This document shows, piece by piece, positions 10,323-19,167 of a stretch of 64,000 nt of DNA. Each line of letters opens with the position of its first letter. The stretch's first letter is position 1. Position numbers and translations under genes: made by a program. This stretch comes from Myxococcales bacterium (GTDB taxonomy: Bacteria > Desulfobacterota > Binatia > HRBIN30), in the NCBI GenBank assembly GCA_037445065.1, contig JBBILD010000008.1, forward strand, positions 96,001 to 160,000, in the 5' to 3' direction. The notes below the pieces were generated by a model. It had not been told where the DNA came from, searched no databases, and was given only the letters and a program-made list of their open reading frames with translations.

Positions 10323-10778
10323 ATGGCCCGATGGGATCCGTGGCAGGAGATGGAAGCGCTGCGGCGCGAAATCGATCGTGCCTTCGAAAGCGCGGGGTTT
10401 CGTTTCCCGTCTTTATTGCGCACGAGCCTATGGCCGGCACGGGGCGAGCGAGGATTTCCCCCGGTCAACGTTTATGAAGACAAGGACAATTTCTATGTAA
10501 GCTTGCTCGCGCCTGGCTTGGAACCGCATTCCATCAATTTAAGCGTACTACGCAATAGTCTCACTGTTTCGGGCGAGCGGGCGCCTCAGGGGACGGGGAA
10601 GTTCGAGGCAGTCCACCGTCAGGAGCGCCCGGCGGGCAAGTTTTCTCGCCGCATCGAGCTTCCGGCTGAAGTGGACGAGAGCAAAGCCAGGGCTGAGTAT
10701 CGAAACGGAATTTTGACCGTCACCTTGCCCAAGGCTGCTCAGGCCAAGCCCAAGGAAATCACCGTTCAGGTAGGCTGA
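10323..10778 (+). CDS. Small heat shock protein (Hsp20/alpha-crystallin)
   Basis: 'FPPVNVYE', 'GKFSRRIELP', 'AEYRNGILTVTLPK', C-terminal IxV; GGAGG RBS before ATG 10323. Confidence 0.95.
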   Translation: MARWDPWQEMEALRREIDRAFESAGFRFPSLLRTSLWPARGERGFPPVNVYEDKDNFYVSLLAPGLEPHSINLSVLRNSLTVSGERAPQGTGKFEAVHRQERPAGKFSRRIELPAEVDESKARAEYRNGILTVTLPKAAQAKPKEITVQVG

Positions 10779-10813
10779 GGAAGCAACCGACCCATCGAGA
10801 GGAGGAAATCACC

Positions 10814-11212
10814 ATGGCAGAGAAAGCGGTATCTGCAACTGCAGCACAAGCACCGGGAAGGACGCGAGAGGCTACGCGTGCGGAGGATCGTTATGTGGCT
10901 CCCGCAGTGGACATTTACGAGACGCCAGAGGAGTTGGTGCTCCTCGCGGACTTACCTGGCGTAGGCAAAGATGAACTCGATGTCCGAGTGGAGGAAGATG
11001 TGCTCACCATCCGGGCGCTGAGCAAATATCCGGCCCCCGGCGAAGTGTTGTGGGAAGAGTTTGAGCTCCCCAATTACTTCCGCCAGTTCGAGTTGAGCGA
11101 GGCGATCGATCAGGAAAAGATCAGCGCGGATTTTAAAAACGGCGTGCTGACCTTGCACTTGCCGAAATCCCAGAAAGCTCGGCCGCGACAGATCGAGGTT
11201 AAAGTTTCGTAA
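10814..11212 (+). CDS. Small heat shock protein (Hsp20)
   Basis: 'PAVDIYET', 'ADLPGV', 'YFRQFEL', 'FKNGVLTLHLPK', 'RQIEV'. Confidence 0.95.
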   Translation: MAEKAVSATAAQAPGRTREATRAEDRYVAPAVDIYETPEELVLLADLPGVGKDELDVRVEEDVLTIRALSKYPAPGEVLWEEFELPNYFRQFELSEAIDQEKISADFKNGVLTLHLPKSQKARPRQIEVKVS

Positions 11213-11216
11213 GATT

Positions 11217-11253
11217 CAGCATGCAGGGGGGCTCTCTGCCTTCCTGCATGCTG
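11217..11253 (+). terminator. Strong stem-loop after the second hsp20 (terminator or mRNA-stabilising hairpin)
   Basis: CAGCATGCAGG...CCTGCATGCTG perfect 11-bp stem extended by GGGGC/GCCTT, 5-nt loop; no U-tract. Confidence 0.5.
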
Positions 11254-11270
11254 GAAACAGGGGGTACGCG

Positions 11271-11738
11271 GTGAACGGATGGTTGCCCGCACAGTGGGTG
11301 CAAAAGCTCAAAGATCTGCGCACTGGAGTGGAGGGAGCGTTACGGCGGTGGTTTCAGCGCTACGTGGAACACTCTACCTCGCCCGGGCCAGTGCAGATCA
11401 CTAGGAAGGATGTCTGGGGCTGGCCTACGATTGACCTAGAGGACTACCCGGATCGCTTGGTGGTGAGAGCGGATATTCCAGGTCTCGAACCGGAGGACAT
11501 TCGGATCGAATTACTCGGCGATACGCTGGTCCTTCGGGGGGAGAAAAGGAGAGAACAGGAAAGCCGGGCCGATGGATACTTCTACTCTGAGCGCTGGTAC
11601 GGTGCTTTCGTGCGCCACCTCGCGTTGCCGGTGCCTGTGCGAGCGGATGAGGCGTCTGCGCGCTATCGAAGCGGACAACTGGTGATCGAGCTGCCCAAGC
11701 AGACCCCTGCTACGCGCGTCCCCATCCGCGCTGTCTGA
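11271..11738 (+). CDS. Small heat shock protein (Hsp20), third copy
   Basis: 'WPTIDLED', 'RADIPGL', 'SERWYGAFVRHLALP', 'YRSGQLVIELPK'. Confidence 0.9.
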   Translation: MNGWLPAQWVQKLKDLRTGVEGALRRWFQRYVEHSTSPGPVQITRKDVWGWPTIDLEDYPDRLVVRADIPGLEPEDIRIELLGDTLVLRGEKRREQESRADGYFYSERWYGAFVRHLALPVPVRADEASARYRSGQLVIELPKQTPATRVPIRAV

Positions 11739-11853
11739 AGTCGGAGCGCCTCCCTGCAGGTCGGGCGAGTTTACAGTTCGAGCTGCACGGAGAGAGACTT
11801 CCGCGCAGGCTTGCAGGGTGTCGACCCGTGCTGCAGGGGAGGATTGCGTCACC

Positions 11854-12699
11854 ATGAGCTTTAGCGATGTTTTTTGGGTCTTCTTTATCGTTTCTGCGCT
11901 CCAGCCTGTGTTGCGCCAGCGGCTGCTGGAAGCATCCCGCCAGCGCTTGCTGGCACGCATCGAGCGAGAACGCGGGTCCCGAGTCATCTTGCTGGTCCAT
12001 CGCCAGGAAACCATGAGCCTGCTCGGCTTTCCGGTGATGAGGTACATCGACATCGAAGACGCCGAGGCGGTTATGCGAGCTTGCGAACTGACCGACCCGG
12101 AAGTTCCCCTGGACATTGTGCTGCACACTCCCGGAGGGTTGGTGCTTGCGTCCTTGCAGATTGCCCGCGCGCTCCGGCACCACAAGGGCAAGGTCACCGT
12201 GTTTGTTCCCCATTACGCGATGTCGGGAGGTACACTCATCGCCTTGGGCGCGGATGAAATCGTGATGTCGCCACACGCGGTTCTGGGCCCTGTGGACCCG
12301 CAACTGGGGCAATACCCGGCTGCCTCGCTCCTCAAGGTGGTTCGAGAGAAGCCGGTTGCTGAGGTTGACGATCAGACGCTGATCCTCGCGGATGTGGCGG
12401 AGAAGGCGATTCGGCAGGTGCGCGACAGCGTCACGGAGTTGCTTACGCGTACTCAGACTGCTGAGCGCGCTTCGGAGCTGGGCGAGATCCTTTCGACCGG
12501 AACCTGGACCCATGACTTCCCGATTACCCTCGAAAAAGCTCGAGAACTCGGCCTGCCGGTGCGGCAGGATATGCCCGCTGTGATCCTGGAGCTGATGGAA
12601 TTGTATCCGCAGCCGGTGCGTAGAGCCCCCGCCGTGGAGTTTTCTCCCGAGCCGCGCCGCGCCGACCGCGCCGCGAGGTCGGATGTCTTACTTCGTTGA
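11854..12699 (+). CDS. SDH-family (ClpP-fold, Ser-Asp-His) serine protease, membrane anchored
   Basis: 'LHTPGGLV', 'HYAMSGGTLIALGADEIVM', 'LGPVDPQ', 'WTHDFPI'; GGAGG RBS before ATG 11854. Confidence 0.9.
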   Translation: MSFSDVFWVFFIVSALQPVLRQRLLEASRQRLLARIERERGSRVILLVHRQETMSLLGFPVMRYIDIEDAEAVMRACELTDPEVPLDIVLHTPGGLVLASLQIARALRHHKGKVTVFVPHYAMSGGTLIALGADEIVMSPHAVLGPVDPQLGQYPAASLLKVVREKPVAEVDDQTLILADVAEKAIRQVRDSVTELLTRTQTAERASELGEILSTGTWTHDFPITLEKARELGLPVRQDMPAVILELMELYPQPVRRAPAVEFSPEPRRADRAARSDVLLR

Positions 12700-12747
12700 G
12701 CCAAGCGCGCCAGCGCTCTCGGCGAGAAAACGAGGTCAAAAGCGAGA

Positions 12748-13401
12748 GTGGTGAACGGAGTCGTGGAATATGCGGTGCTCGCGCTGAGCACCTTGTTCGT
12801 GATTGTCGACCCCATCGCCGTGGTGCCGGCGTTTCTGGCAATGACGCCGGATGACCCGCCAGCGGTGCGCCGCCGCACCGCGCGGCTCGCCTGCACTGTA
12901 ACCGCAGGTGTCCTGCTGGCGTTTGCTCTCCTGGGAGACTGGATCCTCCGTTACTTGCGGATCACGCCCGCTGCGTTTCAGCTTGCTGGGAGCCTTCTGC
13001 TTTTGCGCATCGCGCTGGATATGCTGCACGGGCGCCGCTCCGAAGCACAGGAAACCAACGAAGAGGTCTTGGCTGGCGCAGCCAAGCAGGAGATTGCGAT
13101 TAGCCCGCTGGCGGTGCCGATGATGGCCGGGCCAGGCGCGATTTCCATGACTCTGATCCTGGCCAATCAAGCCAGTACGGTTTTCCACAAAGCCGTACTG
13201 CTGACTGCAATTGCTTCGGTGAGTGCTGCAAGTTACGCGATTTTCTTGCTCGCGATTCGGGGCACGCACCGTTTGAGTCCAGTGGCGTTAAAACTGACCA
13301 GCCGCTTGATGGGACTTTTGTTGGCGGCCGTAGCAGTCCAGTTTGCCCTGGATGGTTTCGCTCAGGCCGGTCTGTCCCTACAAGCGCAACAATCCGGCTG
13401 A
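12748..13401 (+). CDS. MarC/YchE family integral membrane protein
   Basis: 'LFVIVDPIAVVPAF', 'PLAVPMMAGPGAI', 'RLMGLLLAAVAVQ'. Confidence 0.92.
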   Translation: MVNGVVEYAVLALSTLFVIVDPIAVVPAFLAMTPDDPPAVRRRTARLACTVTAGVLLAFALLGDWILRYLRITPAAFQLAGSLLLLRIALDMLHGRRSEAQETNEEVLAGAAKQEIAISPLAVPMMAGPGAISMTLILANQASTVFHKAVLLTAIASVSAASYAIFLLAIRGTHRLSPVALKLTSRLMGLLLAAVAVQFALDGFAQAGLSLQAQQSG

Positions 13402-13419
13402 GGCAAAGGAGAGAAACTC

Positions 13420-14493
13420 ATGGCAGAGGAAGCCAAGGAGCTGACTCAGTTTTCCTGGAACCTGGTGACCCGAAACCTGATCGGTCACCCACTGTTACGC
13501 AAGCAACTTTCCCGGCGGGTACAAGCGCTCGGCAAGCTACTGCGTCATTACCCACCCGACGGAGTCCACTTGCACGTGCTGTTGGAAAAGAATCCGCACC
13601 GCGATTTGTTCACTGCTACCCTCACCCTACGTCTACCACGCCACATTTTGCATACGGAAAAAACTGCGCACGAGCCGATTCTTGCGCTCGACAAAGCGTT
13701 TAAAGCCTTGGCCCGTGAGATCGACAAACTCAAGGCGCACCAGCGACGTGAGGAGGAGTGGAAGCGCAAGGAGCGACGCGAGCGCCTGCATGTGCTCAAA
13801 GCCACCGGGTTTGCCAGCGAGCCGCTTCCTGAAAGCGAAGGGCCGCAAGATCGCTTGGCTGTGGTGGTTGACTTCCTGAAACGACACTACAGGCGCATGC
13901 TCGAGCATGTGCAGCGGCACATTCGGCACGATGAATGGAGTGGCGAAATTCCCCCGCATGCTGTGGACGCGCGCGGGGTAGTCGACGAGGTGGTCCGGAA
14001 GGTTCTGCGGGACTGGCGGCGGAAGCCCGCTGACACCGGGTGGCTGGTGTGGTTTTTTCGCCTCATCCACGAAGAGTGGGAGCGCAGGCGCCGAGAATTT
14101 CGCCGCGCCGCCCAGGAGCGGGTATCGGTAGATACTGACGTGAAGCGGCCCGACGAGGAAGACCTGACGGCGGGATTCGATGCGGAGCAACCGCTGGACA
14201 TCATTGTCCGCGAATATGAGCCAGTTCTCACCGAGCTGCGGGAACTCGTCCCTGATCCCAGTGCTCCCTCGCCAGAGGAAGAGTTGCAACGTCGAGAACT
14301 GCTGCAAAGCCTGCAAAAGGCCATTCAGGAGTGGCCGCGGTTGGAGAAAGACGTCTTCGAACTGTACTTCGCTCAGGGATTCGATGAGAGCGAGGTTGCC
14401 CAGATATTGCGGCTGGACGTGGCGAGAGTGCGCGAGGCGGTCGCCAAAATCCAGCAGCGTATCCGTATCCTTTTGTTTACCGGACAGGCGTAA
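13420..14493 (+). CDS. HPF/RaiA-like N-terminal domain fused to sigma70/ECF-like regions 2 and 4
   Basis: First ~110 aa fit the S30AE/HPF pattern ('ATLTLRLPRHILHTE...ALDKAFKALAREIDKLK'); C-terminal 'WPRLEKDVFELYFAQGFDESEVAQIL' is a region-4 HTH; AAGGAG RBS. Confidence 0.75.
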   Translation: MAEEAKELTQFSWNLVTRNLIGHPLLRKQLSRRVQALGKLLRHYPPDGVHLHVLLEKNPHRDLFTATLTLRLPRHILHTEKTAHEPILALDKAFKALAREIDKLKAHQRREEEWKRKERRERLHVLKATGFASEPLPESEGPQDRLAVVVDFLKRHYRRMLEHVQRHIRHDEWSGEIPPHAVDARGVVDEVVRKVLRDWRRKPADTGWLVWFFRLIHEEWERRRREFRRAAQERVSVDTDVKRPDEEDLTAGFDAEQPLDIIVREYEPVLTELRELVPDPSAPSPEEELQRRELLQSLQKAIQEWPRLEKDVFELYFAQGFDESEVAQILRLDVARVREAVAKIQQRIRILLFTGQA

Positions 14494-14534
14494 ACTACCG
14501 GTCGCAGGAAGCATCAGGGCGCATACCAGAGAGT

Positions 14535-16235
14535 TTGGCTGCCGAAGCGTTTATCCTGGTGGCCTCGAGCGCCCTGGGAGTGCTGGTGTGTGCTCGCTTC
14601 CGCGTTCCCGTGATCCTCGGGTACTTGCTGGCTGGCGCTGTTGTCGGCCCGCACGGTGCCGGGCTTGTGGGGGATACGCCGGGGGTAGCATTTCTGGCTT
14701 GGCTCGGTGTCTTGTTCTTGCTCTTCACGATTGGGCTCGAGTTTTCCTTGGCCAGTCTACGGAGCGCTCGGCGCACCGTGCTCCTCGCGGGCGGGCTGCA
14801 GGTAACACTGACCACTGCAGTGGCTGCAGCCGGCGCGTTCCTTGCCGGACTCGAGTTAGAAGCAGCGCTGGTGATCGGTGGCGCCCCCAGCATGTCCTCC
14901 ACTGCACTGGTTGCAAAACAGTTGGCCGACCAAGGCGAGTTGTTTACCCACCACGGGCGAGCTGCGGTCGGGATTCTTCTGTTCCAAGAGTTGGCCACCC
15001 TACCGTTTTTGACCCTCGTTGGTGCACGGGCTGCGACGGGCAGTCCGGAGGGAAACTCGTTAGTTGCTGCGCTGGGATGGACGACGGTGAGTTTTCTGGT
15101 CATCGGCTTGTTCGGTCGCCCGGTTTTGCACCGCCTTCTGGGATTTGTCGCGCGAACTCGATCGAATGAGCTGCTGCTTCTCACCACGATTTTATTGGCG
15201 CTGGGCAGCGGCTTTGGACTGCATGCCGTAGGCGTACCCCCTTTGTTGGGCGCTTTCCTGGTCGGAATGATCCTCGGGGAGAGCGACTTTCGCTTTCAGA
15301 TCCAGGACGATTTGCGGCCGTTCCGCGAGACTCTGCTCGGCCTGTTTTTTGTGACCGTGGGGATGACCATTGACTCCGCAGTCATCCTCGCGCATTGGCC
15401 GGTTTTATTGGTTACGTGTTCGTTCTTAGTGCTGGGGAAAGTGGCGTTGCTGGTGTTGCTCGGCCTTCTGCTCGGTTGGACGAGGGCGATGGCACTCCGC
15501 ACCGCAGTGATCCTCGCACATAGCGGCGAGTTTGGCTTGCTTTTGTTGACGTAGGCTACCCATGCTCGCATGATCGAGCTGCAAACCGCGCAGCCTCTGT
15601 TGGGTGCCATGGTATTGAGCATGGCACTAGCGCCATTGCTGATCGCAAGGAATGAATCACTCGTGCACGGCCTGTTTTCTGCTCGCCGCACTGGCACAGA
15701 AGCGGAGCAGGAAGCTTGGCTTACGCGCGAAAGCGAAGCGCTGCAAGGGCACGTGCTGCTGCTCGGGTGCGGGCGGGTCGGTAGGCAAGTCGCTGCGGTG
15801 CTGGAAGCCGCAGGTGTGCCGTACATCGCGTTTGAGAATGACCCAGCAAGCTTCCAGGTTGCCAAGCACCAGGGGTACCGTGTGGTCTTGGCCGATGCGG
15901 GACGCTTGCGTTTGCTCGATGCGGCGGGCCTCAGCCGCGCCCGCCTCCTGGTGGCCACCTTTAGTTACGGAAGGCTGATTGAACGTATCCTACACCACGC
16001 GCGGCAGGTAAATCCCGCGATTCAAACGCTGGTGAGCGCCGCCGATGAAGCGGATTTGGCGCAGCTTGCGAGGGCCGGAGCAACTGCGGTTTTTCCCGAA
16101 AATTTGGCAGCCGGGCTTGCTTTGGGGAACCAAGCCTTGCTCCTGCTCGGCCGCTCGCACGAGGAGGCAGCCCGGGTTGTCACCGAATTGCGCGCTTTGC
16201 TCAATCCTGAGCTGGAGGGACACCTCGGGCTTTGA
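14535..16235 (+). pseudogene. Kef-type (CPA2) cation:proton antiporter with C-terminal TrkA-N domain, interrupted by an in-frame TAG at 15552-15554
   Basis: ORFs 14535-15554 and 15570-16235 share a frame and read 'HSGEFGLLLLT*ATHARMIELQTAQPLL'; 'GVLFLLFTIGLEFS' and TrkA 'GCGRVG' motifs. Confidence 0.8.
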
Positions 16236-16376
16236 TCTGCCCTGCGCCCCGCACGTTGACTTATCGCCGGGAAAAAACGAAACGATGCTTCTTGTGGGTG
16301 ACAGGACCGGCTTTCGCGCGGAGGCCGAATGCTCCCATGTTGCACGTTACAGAACATTGCTCGTGAGGGAGTCTAC

Positions 16377-17048
16377 ATGGAAACACGCGACCGCCGAATC
16401 GTGCTCATCGCTCCGCCCGGGGCAGGAAAGAGCACGCAAGCAACGCGCCTAGCGCAAGAGTTTGGGATCCCATGGATCTCTACCGGGGAATTGCTTCGCG
16501 CCGCTGTCCGGGAAAACAGCTCACTCGGGCAGCAGGCCCGGTCATACATGGAGAAGGGAGAGATGGTGCCGGATGACGTGGTCATCGCCCTCGTTCGGGA
16601 TCGCTTACAGCAGGCAGATTGCCAGCAGGGGTTTATTTTGGACGGCTTCCCGCGCACCGCTGTGCAGGCTCAAGCCTTGCGGGCCGCTGGTGTAGGGCTC
16701 GACTACGTCATCGAGCTAGAACTGGACGAACAAGAAGCAGTGCTTCGCTTGAGCGGCAGGCGCGTGCACCCAGCTTCGGGCCGCGTCTACCATGTGGTGT
16801 TTCAACCTCCGAAAGTTGCGGGCAAGGACGATGAGACCGGTGAGGATTTGGTCCAGCGCGAGGACGATCGAGAAGAGGCGGTACGAACCCGGCTGCGCGT
16901 CTATCGCCAACAAACAGAGCCGGTCGTCGCATTTTACCGGGAGTGGTCCGCGACAAACGGTCCCGGAGCGCCCCTGTTTTGCAAGGTGAGCGCCGCAGGC
17001 AAACCGGAAGAGGTGGGTGAGAGACTCCTGGCAATCCTGCGCGGCTGA
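16377..17048 (+). CDS. adk: Adenylate kinase
   Basis: 'PPGAGKSTQA', 'ISTGELLR', 'GFILDGFPRT', LID 'RRVHPASGRVYH', 'QREDD'. Confidence 0.95.
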   Translation: METRDRRIVLIAPPGAGKSTQATRLAQEFGIPWISTGELLRAAVRENSSLGQQARSYMEKGEMVPDDVVIALVRDRLQQADCQQGFILDGFPRTAVQAQALRAAGVGLDYVIELELDEQEAVLRLSGRRVHPASGRVYHVVFQPPKVAGKDDETGEDLVQREDDREEAVRTRLRVYRQQTEPVVAFYREWSATNGPGAPLFCKVSAAGKPEEVGERLLAILRG

Positions 17049-17185
17049 GTGGGGCGCGCGCGGACCTGACTCTCCGCGAGCGCCGGCTGTACTTCTGCGG
17101 GCCAACCAGGGCGAGAGGTTTGCACGGTCTCTACGTGGGTGAACACCAGCAGACGCTACAAGCGGGCCGCCGAATCCCCGTTCCG

Positions 17186-18535
17186 ATGCTCGCTGCGGTG
17201 CTTCGGCTGGCTCAAGTCACCTGGGCTGGATTGTGCCTGGGCGCCTCCGTACCGCTGCAACTGTTGCGCGCACGCCGCGACCCGCCCCTCTTTTGGCGTG
17301 CTTTCGGGCGTGCAGTCGTCCGACATTGTACTCGCCTGGGCGCAACGTTCATTAAGATCGGCCAGATTGTCTCCGCGCGCCGCGACATCATCCCCGCAGA
17401 GTTTGCAGCCGAGTTGGCTGCACTGCAGGATCGCGTTCCTCCATTTCCCTTCCCCCAGGTGCGCCAGATCATTGAAGAAGACTTTGGGAAACCACTGCAC
17501 GAGCTTTTTAGCCAATTCCACGAAGAACCAGTGGCCGCAGCCTCGGTGGCTCAGGTGCATCGAGCGATCTGGCGGCAGACCGGCGCAGTCGTTGCTGTCA
17601 AAGTGCGCCGCCCGGATGTGCTGGAAAAGATCGAACTCGACCGCGCGGTTCTCTTGACTCTTGCGCGGGCGGCCGAACGCTTCGTTCCTTCGCTTCGCTT
17701 GGTCTCGTTGCACCGTGCCATGGAACGGTTCTGCGCGGCGGTCGAAGAGCAAGCCCACCTGCTGCGGGAAGCTGAAAACAACCGCAGGTTTCGGGAGAAT
17801 TTTGCCGGTGATCCTGACATCGTTTTCCCAGCCTTAATTCCGGAAGCTTGCTCGGACCGAGTACTAACGATGGAATTTGTCGAAGGTGCGCGGGAGGAGG
17901 CACTAGACGAAGTGCAGTTCGACCGGCGCCGCCTGGTTTCGGCTGGGGTCCGTTGCGTAGCCCGGATGGTTTTTGAACATGGGTTCATTCACGCCGACTT
18001 GCACCCTGGCAACCTCCGCTTCCTCCCTCCCCATCGCATTGCCCTTTTCGATCTGGGGTTGGTCGGCGAACTCAGTGACGCCGACCGCCTGATGACCGCG
18101 CGTACGCTTCTTGCCTTCGCCACTGGAGACGGAGCGACGGTTGCGAGGCTTTTTTACGAGAACGCACCGTATCAGGCAGTCCCCGACTATTCGGCATACG
18201 AGGCCGAGGTGATCGCCCTGGTGGAAGATTTGCGCCACAAGCAGTTAGGGGCCGCCGAGGTAAGCTTGGACATCGGCCGGATCTTCGACGTTCTCCGCCG
18301 CCACCGGATCCAAGCGCGCGCTCACATGACGATGGTCAATCTGGCGTTGGTAACTGCAGAAGGCTTGGGTAAGCGGCTCGATCCCGGGTTGAATCTCGCT
18401 CAGGCCGCTCTCCCGTACATTCGCGAGGCCCTCGACCGGGAGCGCGTCCAGCCTCTCGGCCCGCGGGGCCGGCTGTTCGAGGCTGAGAATCCGCAGAGGC
18501 CTTTGCCAAGGAACCTCGACAACAGTGAGCATTAG
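17186..18535 (+). CDS. AarF/UbiB/ABC1 family kinase-like protein
   Basis: 'LGATFIKIGQ', 'AAASVAQVH', 'VAVKVRRP', 'HADLHPGN', 'DLGLVG'; start uncertain (17120-17186). Confidence 0.9.
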   Translation: MLAAVLRLAQVTWAGLCLGASVPLQLLRARRDPPLFWRAFGRAVVRHCTRLGATFIKIGQIVSARRDIIPAEFAAELAALQDRVPPFPFPQVRQIIEEDFGKPLHELFSQFHEEPVAAASVAQVHRAIWRQTGAVVAVKVRRPDVLEKIELDRAVLLTLARAAERFVPSLRLVSLHRAMERFCAAVEEQAHLLREAENNRRFRENFAGDPDIVFPALIPEACSDRVLTMEFVEGAREEALDEVQFDRRRLVSAGVRCVARMVFEHGFIHADLHPGNLRFLPPHRIALFDLGLVGELSDADRLMTARTLLAFATGDGATVARLFYENAPYQAVPDYSAYEAEVIALVEDLRHKQLGAAEVSLDIGRIFDVLRRHRIQARAHMTMVNLALVTAEGLGKRLDPGLNLAQAALPYIREALDRERVQPLGPRGRLFEAENPQRPLPRNLDNSEH

Positions 18536-18954
18536 AAATCGCTGGGCGGCAAGCGGGCACGGAGCCTTGCCGCTAGGTCGGCGAGGTGCTCGGGCTTGCC
18601 CAGGATCCGTGAGTGCAGCCGAACGGGTTCGCCGGTGGCTCGTGGCATGAGATGCATGTGATAGTGGAAGACCGTTTGCCCGGCGGCTGCTCCGTTGAGC
18701 TGGAAGACCATCAAACCCTCGGGGCGCAATACCTCCCGTAGCGCGTGCGCGACACGTTTTGCCGCGCGAGCTACTGCCGCCAATTCTTCCTCCGAGGCTG
18801 AGAACAGGTTCTCATGATGATTGCGGGTCACCACTAAAGTGTGCCCTTCGCTGACCGGGTAAATGTCGAGAAAGGCAACGGTGTCGCGATCTTTATAGAC
18901 GAAGTGTGCTGGAGCCTCACCGCGGATGATTCGGCAAAAGATGCATTCGCTCAT
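18532..18954 (-). CDS. HIT family nucleotide hydrolase
   Basis: 'CIFCRII', 'GHTLVV', 'AAGQTVFHYHMHLMPR' histidine triad. Confidence 0.95.
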   Translation of the reverse strand: MSECIFCRIIRGEAPAHFVYKDRDTVAFLDIYPVSEGHTLVVTRNHHENLFSASEEELAAVARAAKRVAHALREVLRPEGLMVFQLNGAAAGQTVFHYHMHLMPRATGEPVRLHSRILGKPEHLADLAARLRARLPPSDF

Positions 18955-19167
18955 AACCTCAGGCTGCCTACTCGGGAGCGGGATTCGTGTCCAGTCGCAG
19001 GCACTGCCCAGCGAGGTGGTGGCGAAATCCGACCGTTGACGCGTGGTTTGTTACCAGTCCGCGAAGTTTTTTCACTTCCGGGAAGGTTCTCGATTGCGGC
19101 AAAAATGGCACGCAGGTATGAGCGTATCTGGTCCGATAGATAAAACGGCTCTTAGAGGTGGACACGT

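Noticed and set aside
19105..19122. Sigma54-like TGGCACG upstream of the secreted monooxygenase-like gene
   Set aside because: The -12 GC is missing at the required spacing (TATGA instead of TTGC)
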